DNA of 64,000 nucleotides from a virus, in the IMG/VR virus record IMGVR_UViG_3300025860_000003, positions 32,001 to 96,000 of that record; one strand, 5' to 3'. The position numbers were made by a program, and so were the translations under genes. Under the pieces are notes generated by a model that saw nothing but the letters and a program-made list of their open reading frames with translations, was not told where the DNA came from and searched no databases. Below are positions 8,980-18,003 of this stretch, one piece after another (within the stretch, counting starts at the first letter, position 1; each line of letters opens with the position of its first letter).

Positions 8980-9007
8980 ATTTTCTCTCTCATCAATTTA
9001 GGAAGCC

Positions 9008-9063
9008 ATTATACCGCGATTTCGGGTTGACGACAACCACTTTCTTATACCGATTTGGAATAA
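9008..9063 (-). promoter_or_regulatory. early promoter TTGTCG-N17-TATAAT with upstream palindromic box
   Basis: -10 at 9008-9013, -35 at 9031-9036; 23-bp box at 9041-9063 identical to 8545-8567. Confidence 0.75.
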
Positions 9064-9118
9064 AAGGAGAGTTTTAAGAACTTTTTTGTATATGCTGTAA
9101 AATCAACAACTTAGAGAG

Positions 9119-9145
9119 CCTGCTCGCCCGAGTAGAGCGAGCAGG
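9119..9145 (-). terminator. stem-loop after the M15 peptidase gene
   Basis: CCTGCTCGC...GCGAGCAGG inverted repeat; no clear U-tract. Confidence 0.45.
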
Positions 9146-9155
9146 AGGGGACAGG

Positions 9156-9620
9156 TTATTCGGTCAGACCAACGCTGTAGTGGGTCTTGCCGTCTACGCG
9201 AGCGGCTGTTAAGACGCTCTTGCGGTTATCTTCTGAACTCACATATGATACATGAACCCATCCTGAGTCGGGGATACCTGATGTATAGAACTCAAGGATC
9301 AGCTGATCAAAGTCGCAGTTGTCTTCAATCCACGTGGCGAGCTCATAGTTCGGAACTCCTGGAACTTCAATGTCTGCTGCCTGACCTTTACAGTGTTGTG
9401 ACTTTGAACTACCACCAACAGCTTCGTTTAATTCAGGACCACGATATCCGCTATTCAATACAGTAGGACCAAAATGATCACGAACCTTTTGTACTACCTT
9501 CTCGAATAATTCTACCGCTGCAGCCATGTGTTCTTCGTTAGGAGTATTATCAATTCCTTTACGTTCTGCTGTTTGGCTCTTTGTGAATTCAGCCAATGAG
9601 AAATTTTTACTTAGTTTCAT
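9156..9620 (-). CDS. peptidase M15A family (D-Ala-D-Ala carboxypeptidase-like; candidate endolysin)
   Basis: LSKNFSLAEF, SGYR, SQHCKGQAADI and WVHVSY motifs. Confidence 0.88.
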   Translation of the reverse strand: MKLSKNFSLAEFTKSQTAERKGIDNTPNEEHMAAAVELFEKVVQKVRDHFGPTVLNSGYRGPELNEAVGGSSKSQHCKGQAADIEVPGVPNYELATWIEDNCDFDQLILEFYTSGIPDSGWVHVSYVSSEDNRKSVLTAARVDGKTHYSVGLTE

Positions 9621-9628
9621 ACGTCAAC

Positions 9629-9997
9629 CTATACAAATTTGTTCATGTTTGGTGCCCAGTAATTTGGACCTTTTAATACTTTACCGTCTTCACGATAGAT
9701 AGGACTGCCATCTTCACCTAGCTTGCTCATATTTGATTCATGAACTTCACTGAATGTTGCGTCTAGATCAATGCCATATGCAGCGCCAGCACCATAGACA
9801 ACATACAACAGGTCAGTAAGAGCATCAGCTATCTCAGCCATGTCTTTTTGATCAACAGCCTCACACAATTCTTGTAGCTCTTCAGCAATCAACTCAATAC
9901 GAAGATCCGCAATATCGTCCCCAGCCCAATCGGGATCAGACTTCACTTCTTGTCCAAACGTGTTCATAAAATCTTTAACTTTTTCATAATTACTCAT
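9629..9997 (-). CDS. MazG-like all-alpha NTP pyrophosphohydrolase
   Basis: LIAEELQEL...DALTDLLYV..G...EVHESNMSK...DGKVLKGPNY. Confidence 0.88.
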   Translation of the reverse strand: MSNYEKVKDFMNTFGQEVKSDPDWAGDDIADLRIELIAEELQELCEAVDQKDMAEIADALTDLLYVVYGAGAAYGIDLDATFSEVHESNMSKLGEDGSPIYREDGKVLKGPNYWAPNMNKFV

Positions 9998-10016
9998 AAT
10001 ATACTCTTTTGTGTGT

Positions 10017-10415
10017 TTAGAATTTCTTGCCGATGTTATACTTAGTTTCCAATGCCCACTCGTCTTTCTCTTTATATGGAAGGACTTTAATTTGGTTTAA
10101 TGGGGCAATTGGCTCTTTGCTCTTCTCCGCATCCACTAACTTAATCAAACCCCATTCAGCTAGTAAATTTGCGATTGTATTACGTCTGCCGACATCTTCA
10201 ATGCCAAAGTTACTTGGCTTACCGTCTAATGCAAATAGTTCTTTAAAGTGGACAATGTAATACTTACCTTGCTTATGCAAGATATGGCATGATTGATACA
10301 GTGTTTTGTTTTTGTGTGAAGCCACGCCAATGCGTGTGAGTGTTTCGCGGATCTTCAGAAAATCGTCATCATCCTTTAATACTACTTCCACCAGACTATC
10401 CAGCATGTTTCCCAC
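10017..10415 (-). CDS. regA: translational repressor RegA
   Basis: DDFLKIRETLTRIGVAS...LYQSCHILHKQGKYYIVHFKELF. Confidence 0.97.
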   Translation of the reverse strand: MGNMLDSLVEVVLKDDDDFLKIRETLTRIGVASHKNKTLYQSCHILHKQGKYYIVHFKELFALDGKPSNFGIEDVGRRNTIANLLAEWGLIKLVDAEKSKEPIAPLNQIKVLPYKEKDEWALETKYNIGKKF

Positions 10416-10800
10416 CCTTATCCATTCTTGTTTTTATATCACTGATTTGGTCAGCAGTAAGAATGGTGAGGGCTTGGTGGGCTTTAATATCGCTGTATCC
10501 ATAATATTCTTTGACACACGCCACGTCACTATCTTTCTGCTTCTTTTCCCATTTAGCATAACGCTTTTTGGGTCTAACAGTATTTATAAAAAACTGAAAC
10601 TGCGGCTTCTTATCTAGATAGTGGCGTGTGTTCATTTCATTAGCAAGAGCGATTGTGTCCGTATGATATGACAACGCACGGTTTGTTAAGAATGGCTCAT
10701 AACCTTTCTCGGCAAGTTGATCATTAGCAGTACCAGTCATCAAGTCGACCTTGGAACTGTTGATAGCATTGATGTAGTCGAAAGGATTTGCTTTTGCCAT
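10396..10800 (-). CDS. gp62: clamp loader small subunit
   Basis: YEPFLTNRALS...ANEMN...VKEYYGYS; directly upstream of regA as in T4. Confidence 0.93.
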   Translation of the reverse strand: MAKANPFDYINAINSSKVDLMTGTANDQLAEKGYEPFLTNRALSYHTDTIALANEMNTRHYLDKKPQFQFFINTVRPKKRYAKWEKKQKDSDVACVKEYYGYSDIKAHQALTILTADQISDIKTRMDKGGKHAG

Positions 10801-11033
10801 TATGAGTAATCATCCAATTTGTTGATCTGTAGGAATGTGTTCCATAGTTTTTGGAACCTCAACTCATATAAGTCGCCTATACCTGTCAATTGATTGCTCA
10901 ATTGGTCTTGATGTTTAGGATCAAGTCCCTTATACATATCGGTGTCGACAATTATTTCTGCCATGAGTTTAGTGTCATCAACTACATTCCAACAATTCAT
11001 TATAGCAGCTTCTAAATCAAAACGGTCGTTCAT
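10800..11033 (-). CDS. hypothetical protein
   Basis: Translationally coupled ORF. Confidence 0.65.
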   Translation of the reverse strand: MNDRFDLEAAIMNCWNVVDDTKLMAEIIVDTDMYKGLDPKHQDQLSNQLTGIGDLYELRFQKLWNTFLQINKLDDYS

Positions 11034-11626
11034 TATTCGTCTCCTGCAACGATGTCAATGAGCTTTTGCATGCGCATAACATCCATAACAATATCATGGC
11101 GTGGATCGTGACCCACGAATTTGTCGGCTAACTCTTCAGGTATAAACGAATTCTTCAGAGGCGAGCCATATGATAAACCCTCAATGAATGATCGAGTATC
11201 TCGAATCAACCACCAGTCAAACGGATCTTTCTCGCCAGAGTGCGCAAGTAATGTCCGTAGAAAGATAGGATCAAATGAGTTGCCTCGTGTCCAGACCTTT
11301 CTTACTGGCGCTACATCAAGTTTATCACAGAACCAATTATACAACTCTTTGACTGATTTGTCAAGCGGCGATGGAGCTAGTAACGCTTGCGCTTCTTTGG
11401 GCTGATTCTTCCACCAAGCCAAAGTGCTCTTCTGGATGTTGCGTCCAAGTTTAACCTGCTCAGCAACATCAAACTTAATCATATGAGTGTCAGCAAGTAG
11501 CTCTTCATAGGTGTATGGATTCTTCAGGAATCTCTTATCGTCATACTGGAGAACAGCCAAGCTAACCGCAACACCATTCACCATATCTTGACTTAATGTT
11601 TCAAAGTCATATATCACACTATTCAT
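11033..11626 (-). CDS. dexA: DexA-like DEDD 3'-5' exonuclease
   Basis: YDFETL, WTRGNSFDP, IRDTRS and HDPRHD motifs. Confidence 0.8.
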   Translation of the reverse strand: MNSVIYDFETLSQDMVNGVAVSLAVLQYDDKRFLKNPYTYEELLADTHMIKFDVAEQVKLGRNIQKSTLAWWKNQPKEAQALLAPSPLDKSVKELYNWFCDKLDVAPVRKVWTRGNSFDPIFLRTLLAHSGEKDPFDWWLIRDTRSFIEGLSYGSPLKNSFIPEELADKFVGHDPRHDIVMDVMRMQKLIDIVAGDE

Positions 11627-12332
11627 ATTTCCATCCTATAGGGGTTTTGTTGCAGTGGTCGTTATAATCTTCTTCCTGATGCCATGATGATGCCCAATGG
11701 TGGACTGCATATGCTTCAGGGCATGTTTCAGCAAAGTCTTCATTCCTTCTATCCATCTCATCCCAGAGATATGGATATAACAGTTCACGCGGAACAGCCT
11801 TTTCATATCCTGCAGTGTCGCTGAAAAATACTGTACCATATTTCTTTTGCGCAGGGTACACAAACCCTTCATTCATCAATGTCAGCTGGGCTTGGGTTTC
11901 TTTGATGTGCTGGTGTCGGGCATAACAACCCTCAACAAGGTCGTGCATCTCGACACCACCCTTTGCTGAGGCTATGAACGCATTACACATATATTCATCG
12001 CTCTCAGCCCCAGCAACAAAACTCTTTCCACTCATAAGATCATCAATAGGCTTCAGACATTCATAATCAATATCAGTATAAACTCCACCATATCTAAACA
12101 GTATCTCATATCTCAACAAATCAGACACTTCAGCCAAAGATGTCGCATATTCAGCTATATATGAGTTCTTGAACAAAAACCCATCAAGCCTAGCTACACG
12201 TAGAGCATTCTCATCCCAGACAATAAATTCCCATTCTGGATTATGCTTCTTCCATGTTGATTGCCAATACTTTTGCTCTGCGCTTAATCTTCCACCACCC
12301 AGCCATATTTGGTGTATTATTTTAGGTATCAT
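11619..12332 (-). CDS. GT32-family (OCH1/DXD) glycosyltransferase
   Basis: IPKIIHQIW, SDLLRYEILFRYGGVYTDID and HHWASSW motifs. Confidence 0.88.
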   Translation of the reverse strand: MIPKIIHQIWLGGGRLSAEQKYWQSTWKKHNPEWEFIVWDENALRVARLDGFLFKNSYIAEYATSLAEVSDLLRYEILFRYGGVYTDIDYECLKPIDDLMSGKSFVAGAESDEYMCNAFIASAKGGVEMHDLVEGCYARHQHIKETQAQLTLMNEGFVYPAQKKYGTVFFSDTAGYEKAVPRELLYPYLWDEMDRRNEDFAETCPEAYAVHHWASSWHQEEDYNDHCNKTPIGWKYE

Positions 12333-12772
12333 ACTTCCACCACATTAAGAGTCCCAGTCAAAAGGCATTCATTGCCAGACAATTCATATCCATTCTCTTC
12401 AAGGTCAAACATAACCATATTACCAGACGCTTCATATAGACTGGTGACATGCTTTCGATTATCTTCTTCCCACCATCCTTCAGTAAGGAACACCTCTGAA
12501 ACGCTCGAGCGTTTAACGCTCTCAAAGCAAGACATATTTTCCCATTCCTCAAACACCGCATCTGGATCTAAATCACAATTACTGTCACCAGTACTTATAA
12601 GATTCATCAAAGCAATCTCATCTTCGGTCTGCGGAGTAACTTCAATCGAGCCAGTTTGCCATACACTCTCTAGAACAACAATCTCAGCATCACGAGCATA
12701 TGTCTCTGTTGTGCAGAAGCACCCATTCTCTTTAGGGCTTAACTTATATGTTTTACCAATTTCTATTCTCAT
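12329..12772 (-). CDS. acidic hypothetical protein (paralogue of 650-1108)
   Basis: Probable start MRIEIGKTY at 12772. Confidence 0.65.
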   Translation of the reverse strand: MRIEIGKTYKLSPKENGCFCTTETYARDAEIVVLESVWQTGSIEVTPQTEDEIALMNLISTGDSNCDLDPDAVFEEWENMSCFESVKRSSVSEVFLTEGWWEEDNRKHVTSLYEASGNMVMFDLEENGYELSGNECLLTGTLNVVEV

Positions 12773-12773
12773 T

Positions 12774-13301
12774 TCAATCCCATAAACTTTGATAGTATTT
12801 GCCGAACAACATGAAGCCATTTGCAATACGATCTTGTTCTAATTTTAAACCTTCAAGATCTAACTTGTAAGTATGACCTTCACCCTTTTCCCAAGTGTAT
12901 CCAATCTCGGTTCCATCTTTACCTATAACTGGAATGCTATCATAATCGATCTCGCCAGTAGAATACTTATCTTCCCAATCATTTAGTTTAGACTCGAAGG
13001 CAAAGATCATCTCAGACATTACCCAATCCCATCGATCATGAACCATTAGCTCACCTTCACCCTCAGAACTTCTTAAAGCCTCAGGCACATCTTCGTCATC
13101 GACCAATGCTGATCCATGCTTAGTCTTCGCTAGTTGATATAGCATAGGGATAATAATATGAGCTAGTGTAGTGTCCATGCTCCACGTATCGTAGTTATGG
13201 ATCTTCACTTTAACCTTTGGAGTAGGAGCATAATCAAACCAATCATGCAAATAGTTATGATACCAACGCCAAGTTGGATATTTACCGATTTTAACTTTCA
13301 T
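12774..13301 (-). CDS. conserved phage hypothetical protein
   Basis: DTWSMDTTLAHII.PML...WDWVMSEMIFAF...GFMLFGKYYQSLWD; probable start at 13301. Confidence 0.75.
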   Translation of the reverse strand: MKVKIGKYPTWRWYHNYLHDWFDYAPTPKVKVKIHNYDTWSMDTTLAHIIIPMLYQLAKTKHGSALVDDEDVPEALRSSEGEGELMVHDRWDWVMSEMIFAFESKLNDWEDKYSTGEIDYDSIPVIGKDGTEIGYTWEKGEGHTYKLDLEGLKLEQDRIANGFMLFGKYYQSLWD

Positions 13302-13305
13302 TACA

Positions 13306-13986
13306 TTACCCTGCGAATGATGTCCAGAGTTCCATCGCTTCTTCAAGCGATTCAACTTGGAAGTTTATTTGGTTCTTGTTAGACTTTGAGTCAAGCGTGT
13401 ACTCGCTCAGCACTTCATCACACTTAGCAACAAGTGCTTTGAAATACTTATCACCATTTGCTTTCACATAACAAGTGATCTGTGGGTCTTTGGTTTGAAC
13501 CTTAATGCCAAAGTATATATTATCTTTCGCAGGAGTCTCAATAATGTAAGACGATGCACGAGTCTCGGTGTATCCAATATTGTTGAACACTTCACTGTTA
13601 GATAGAACGAGATCCGAGATCTCAGAGAACATATTACGCTGGCTGTCGACATACGAACCAAACAATTTAGATAAATCTGCCATAACAAAACAATCCTTAT
13701 AATGACCAGAGACTGAGTTGTCTTCTGGCGACCAATGTGCTATCAAGTAAGACTCAAGGACAAACGAAGCATCCTTTTCATCCAGTTTAAATTTCTCAAG
13801 GTTTCTTGCTACAATGACGCAATCGTCAATACTATAACCCTTGTCTTTCAGGTGGGATAAACATCTTCCACCAGTGCCTTTACCAACATATGCTGGACCA
13901 GCACCCAAGGTACGACTGCGATACATGTAGACATAATCACCTAGTGTATCAAAGAACGCTGCAGTAGGTTTGATTGGAGAGAACAT
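13306..13986 (-). CDS. GIY-YIG-like nuclease domain protein
   Basis: YVYMY...YVGKGTGGRCLSH...LESYLI...N. Confidence 0.65.
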   Translation of the reverse strand: MFSPIKPTAAFFDTLGDYVYMYRSRTLGAGPAYVGKGTGGRCLSHLKDKGYSIDDCVIVARNLEKFKLDEKDASFVLESYLIAHWSPEDNSVSGHYKDCFVMADLSKLFGSYVDSQRNMFSEISDLVLSNSEVFNNIGYTETRASSYIIETPAKDNIYFGIKVQTKDPQITCYVKANGDKYFKALVAKCDEVLSEYTLDSKSNKNQINFQVESLEEAMELWTSFAG

Positions 13987-14928
13987 TTACTTCCACTCAC
14001 AATCAATCATCATCTCAGTCAACATAGCCATCATGTTGATCTCAGCATCTGCCGCAAACGCAGCTTTGTACTGATAGTCGGCTAGGGTAACAACCACTTG
14101 TGGAACACTGTTCGGCGCAACATACTCACCAGCAGTATCGTAGATTTTACGGAATGTTTGAGACGTATCGCCATCCACATTCTGAGCAACCCACTTACGA
14201 ACCTTGGTGAACTCTTTTGCTTTCATTGAAGCCATCAAGTCTTTCAGGTTTAAGTCTGCATAGTTTACTAGGATGCCAGAATCAATCTTACCAGTGCCAG
14301 CATAACGCTGTAATTCATTCAAGACTCTGCGGTTATCGGGGAAGTGGCGCTTCACAACCTCAGCGACCACCTGCTTATCATACTCCACATTCTCAGTGTC
14401 AAGAATACTAGAGACACGCTTGAATAGTTGAGCCGCAAGTTTAGGTTTATCAGAAGCAGCCATCTTGAACTCAACGACAGAACATCGTGAGTGTAGCGGA
14501 GCAATGATCTTGTTCACAAAGTTACATGTCAGGATAAACCCACAGTTGGCGCTATACTCTTCCATAAAGTTGCGAAGAGCTGGTTGGACTGTCTCAGCAT
14601 TAAGATAGTCCGCTTCGTCTAGGATGACATACTTTCTGCCACCCGCCAAAGACATAGACGAGGCGAATCCTTTTATCTTAGTGCGTAGCGTATCAATCAA
14701 ACGTCCCTCATCGGATCCGTTGATTACGATATAGTCACAACCCAGCTCTTCAAGCATTGCTTTGGCGATAGTCGTTTTACCAACACCTGCGGTGCCAGTG
14801 AGTAGTAAGTTTGGAACATTTTTATTATCAACAAATGTCTGGAATGTTTCTTTCAGAGCATTAGGTAGGATTGCGTCAGCCACGGTCTGTGGACGATACT
14901 TCTCAACATACAAAAATTCATTCAACAT
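13987..14928 (-). CDS. gp44: clamp loader large subunit (AAA+)
   Basis: VEKYRPQT, GTAGVGKTT, ILDEADYL and LHSRC motifs. Confidence 0.97.
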   Translation of the reverse strand: MLNEFLYVEKYRPQTVADAILPNALKETFQTFVDNKNVPNLLLTGTAGVGKTTIAKAMLEELGCDYIVINGSDEGRLIDTLRTKIKGFASSMSLAGGRKYVILDEADYLNAETVQPALRNFMEEYSANCGFILTCNFVNKIIAPLHSRCSVVEFKMAASDKPKLAAQLFKRVSSILDTENVEYDKQVVAEVVKRHFPDNRRVLNELQRYAGTGKIDSGILVNYADLNLKDLMASMKAKEFTKVRKWVAQNVDGDTSQTFRKIYDTAGEYVAPNSVPQVVVTLADYQYKAAFAADAEINMMAMLTEMMIDCEWK

Positions 14929-14956
14929 AATATAGTTTTCTCCTCAATATACATCT

Positions 14957-14985
14957 ATTATACTACAAGATAGGTGGTATGTCAA
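14957..14985 (-). promoter_or_regulatory. sigma70-type promoter TTGACA-N17-TATAAT
   Basis: Perfect consensus upstream of gp44. Confidence 0.8.
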
Positions 14986-15746
14986 GCGGAAAATGGTACA
15001 ACCGCACCTCTACCGCCTGACTGATAGTAGAAGTTGTATGTGTCTGGCAGGTCTAATTTGAGGTCTTCGGGGATGTTGATGTCCCTTGATACCATGCCTC
15101 TCTCAAACTCATAGTTAAATGTCACTAGATCTAGATGATGAGCTTCAGTGATTATATCAACCACATCATCAGTGTAGTAACTCCGATAGTCATACTCCCT
15201 CATCGATGAGTTCCAATATGCGAGTTTGGAGAAACTGGGCAGACCAATTGCATCCGCGACTATTTTCCAGTCTTGTTTTATAGACTCATAACGACCAATG
15301 AAGTTCATGAGACTATTACCATCGGGATCAATGAAGTTGCCGATCTGCGGTCTGATGCAAAAGCCTCTGTTCCATTGGTAGTCGTAGTCGGATGATTCAA
15401 CGTCCAGCACTACAGCTTCATCGTATCTCCACTTAACCCAGTCGGCGAAAGACACATCCCACTTACATTCAGCGATACACTGAGAAGCGTATATACTCAC
15501 CTCACGATCAAACGGATTTCTGACAAAGCCAAACTTATAGCGTGTGTCGAATGTTTCCTTTGGCAATACGCGAGAGGCTTCATATGCTATTCCGTGTTGA
15601 GGAACAACACCGCTATGATCACAGAGAGCGTCATATGTAGACGAACCACCCTCTGTATCACAGACAGTCATGTCAGTCGGTCTAAGCCAATCAAGCATAC
15701 TGGTTCCAGCAGCTTTTGGGTTATGGACAAATATCCATTTAGTCAC
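14982..15746 (-). CDS. sulfotransferase family 2 protein
   Basis: PAPS-binding motifs FVHNPKAAGTS and FVRNPFDR.VS; FIGRYE; YRSYY. Confidence 0.85.
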   Translation of the reverse strand: MTKWIFVHNPKAAGTSMLDWLRPTDMTVCDTEGGSSTYDALCDHSGVVPQHGIAYEASRVLPKETFDTRYKFGFVRNPFDREVSIYASQCIAECKWDVSFADWVKWRYDEAVVLDVESSDYDYQWNRGFCIRPQIGNFIDPDGNSLMNFIGRYESIKQDWKIVADAIGLPSFSKLAYWNSSMREYDYRSYYTDDVVDIITEAHHLDLVTFNYEFERGMVSRDINIPEDLKLDLPDTYNFYYQSGGRGAVVPFSA

Positions 15747-16005
15747 TGATCGGTCTCCATCCAGTCACAGTATTGGTGCGGAATGATCTCCACGCCTTAA
15801 CATCAATTCCCCAAACAGGGATGTCAGCAGAGCCACCAGAAACAGAACTCACGGTGATAGCAGAGCCAGACTCCTCCAAGATTATCTCAGGATTGAGAGT
15901 ACAAGGCATCACCCTTGTACCCCCATCATTGATCTTCTCAAAAGTAACTTCGACCACACCCTCTTTGAGGTGTTTGATCAAGTCATTAACCACAGACGTC
16001 AACAT
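15739..16005 (-). CDS. WYL_2/SH3-like small protein
   Basis: GVVEVTFEK..G.TRVMPCTLN...WRSFR. Confidence 0.7.
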   Translation of the reverse strand: MLTSVVNDLIKHLKEGVVEVTFEKINDGGTRVMPCTLNPEIILEESGSAITVSSVSGGSADIPVWGIDVKAWRSFRTNTVTGWRPISD

Positions 16006-16265
16006 TACTTCAACACCGTTTCGTACAATGCCTCAACATCTTCCATCTCACCAACAGTCTCGCTTAGATTCTGTTTGTGGAAGATTTTAGCCAATTTGTT
16101 CAGGTACTTCTTTGGCACATCAACGTCATCAGCAAGAGCTTCAATCGCTTCTTTGATGAATTCACGCTCTGCTTCCATCCGTGTGTACGAGTTGCTGATC
16201 TCTTCCATACAACCTTTGATTCGTTCTTTGTCTGAATCGCTAGACGGTAAAATAATATTGCTCAT
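16005..16265 (-). CDS. dsbA: T4 DsbA-like double-stranded DNA-binding protein
   Basis: Resembles T4 DsbA (..NKLAKIFHKQN...E.VEALYETV). Confidence 0.75.
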   Translation of the reverse strand: MSNIILPSSDSDKERIKGCMEEISNSYTRMEAEREFIKEAIEALADDVDVPKKYLNKLAKIFHKQNLSETVGEMEDVEALYETVLK

Positions 16266-16301
16266 TGTGTTTCTCCATTGTAAAGTTATATTTCAATTTA
16301 A

Positions 16302-16862
16302 TTATATCACACCATAAATATCTTCAGACTCAACCCATGTCATATAACCTTGCTTATGCAAGATGTTTGTGATAAGGCTATCATCTATGTGCGCATGCTC
16401 AATCTTAACAAATGTGGGTTTAACTTTCCAGCTGTACACGCCGAGGATATTTAACTCATGCCCCTCAACGTCGATCTTCATGAAGTCAATATGACCAATC
16501 TCGTTTTCTATGAGATAAGTGTCCAGTCTACAACATGGCACTTCAATCCTATCCAACAGAAGATGGGCGTTAGCTGGGCGACTGAACATGCGCCCACCTA
16601 AATGATCCGCATCGTCCACAACACCAATCCCACGCGCCCAGTCATCGGTTTGAATGCTTTGGTTGAACGCAACTGTACCATTCTTATTCGATACAGCCAT
16701 GTTATCAACTTTGACATCATATTGGGCTGTCTTGTTAGCCATAATTTCAGCATAACGTGGATCAGCCTCAATCATATATCCAGACCAACCTGCTTCAGCG
16801 AGAGGAAGACACGTGTCAAAATCACACGTGCCTATCTCTAGGAAGACTTTCCCATTACCCAT
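16302..16862 (-). CDS. FkbM-family methyltransferase
   Basis: FLEIG, IEADP and IDFMKIDVEGHE motifs; probable start MGNGK at 16862. Confidence 0.85.
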   Translation of the reverse strand: MGNGKVFLEIGTCDFDTCLPLAEAGWSGYMIEADPRYAEIMANKTAQYDVKVDNMAVSNKNGTVAFNQSIQTDDWARGIGVVDDADHLGGRMFSRPANAHLLLDRIEVPCCRLDTYLIENEIGHIDFMKIDVEGHELNILGVYSWKVKPTFVKIEHAHIDDSLITNILHKQGYMTWVESEDIYGVI

Positions 16863-17523
16863 TGTATTTGCTTCCAGCCTCAGTAGCAACCCAATACTCA
16901 ACAACAGAGCCGAGGAAGTGGGAGATGCCTTTAGACGATACACTAACCTTATAATCATCAGACATAAACTTCAGATTCTCGGTCTTGAAGATGAACTCAA
17001 ACTCAGCTTCAGTGTTACCAACCGACAGACCAAACTCATTAGAAGTTGGATTCTTTGTATCAGTAGCAACCAAAGAGACAGTGCCGTCCGAACCACGAAC
17101 AACAACTTCAGGCAATGACAGTTGATTCGCAGCGTTGACAACTTTCTTATAGTTGGCAGCGGTCATATCAAATTGAACTTCAGGATCAGGCAGCTCAAGA
17201 TTCTTCTCGGGTGGAGAAGTTATCATTGACGGATCAGTGTATGTGTAGCGACATTGACTACTTGGTTGTGACGCTTCACTGACGGTTAGTGACGATGAGC
17301 CGAAGTCAAAGACAGCATCCTCAAACAAACTAGTCAACCCAAGAAACTGATTCATCTCATAGATGGCAAAGTCTTGTGGGAATGATTCACTTACAACAGC
17401 AGACGCAAGGATGTTCTTCTGGGGTGATACAGTTCGTAACACGTTGCCAGTCTTAAATGATAACGATGGATTTATCGTTGAGAAGTTCTTTAAAACTTCA
17501 AAGGTGCTTTCACTAATTTTCAT
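16855..17523 (-). CDS. gp45: DNA polymerase sliding clamp
   Basis: MKISESTFEVLKNFSTINPS...FAIYEMNQFL...YWVATE. Confidence 0.96.
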   Translation of the reverse strand: MKISESTFEVLKNFSTINPSLSFKTGNVLRTVSPQKNILASAVVSESFPQDFAIYEMNQFLGLTSLFEDAVFDFGSSSLTVSEASQPSSQCRYTYTDPSMITSPPEKNLELPDPEVQFDMTAANYKKVVNAANQLSLPEVVVRGSDGTVSLVATDTKNPTSNEFGLSVGNTEAEFEFIFKTENLKFMSDDYKVSVSSKGISHFLGSVVEYWVATEAGSKYNG

Positions 17524-17526
17524 AAT

Positions 17527-18003
17527 CTATCTCTCCAGTTCTTGTAAGTCGTGATTGTGTAATGCGATCAACGCATAATGTAATACTTTCATTAAGTCCG
17601 CACGATTATAGCCATTCTTGTTGCCATATCGTTGGACATATTTAAGAACATTTCCAAGGGCAAAACCCTCACCATGTCCGCAGTCAATAATAAACTCAGT
17701 TGACTGGAATTTATTCTTCGAGTAATGGGCTGAGTAAGTCGAGTCGACATACTCTTGAAATTCATTAATTAACTCAGCTTCATTAAACTTATAGAGATTA
17801 TAGTCGAAATCATTGCGTCCGTCAACCCCAGAGTCACCATCACCACACATTGCTTGGTTACGGTCAATATCAGCATAATACTCGTCGGTGTGGGCATAGC
17901 TATCTTCGACACTTCCCTCTTTATTAACATATGGGTATGTTTGCGTTACCTCTGCAGTTGTCCGTTCCTTTCCATAAGTTGTCCAATTCCAATTCTTTTC
18001 CAT
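17527..18003 (-). CDS. DUF3310-like protein
   Basis: HY...GFALGNVLKYVQRYG.K....DLMKVLHY. Confidence 0.75.
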   Translation of the reverse strand: MEKNWNWTTYGKERTTAEVTQTYPYVNKEGSVEDSYAHTDEYYADIDRNQAMCGDGDSGVDGRNDFDYNLYKFNEAELINEFQEYVDSTYSAHYSKNKFQSTEFIIDCGHGEGFALGNVLKYVQRYGNKNGYNRADLMKVLHYALIALHNHDLQELER

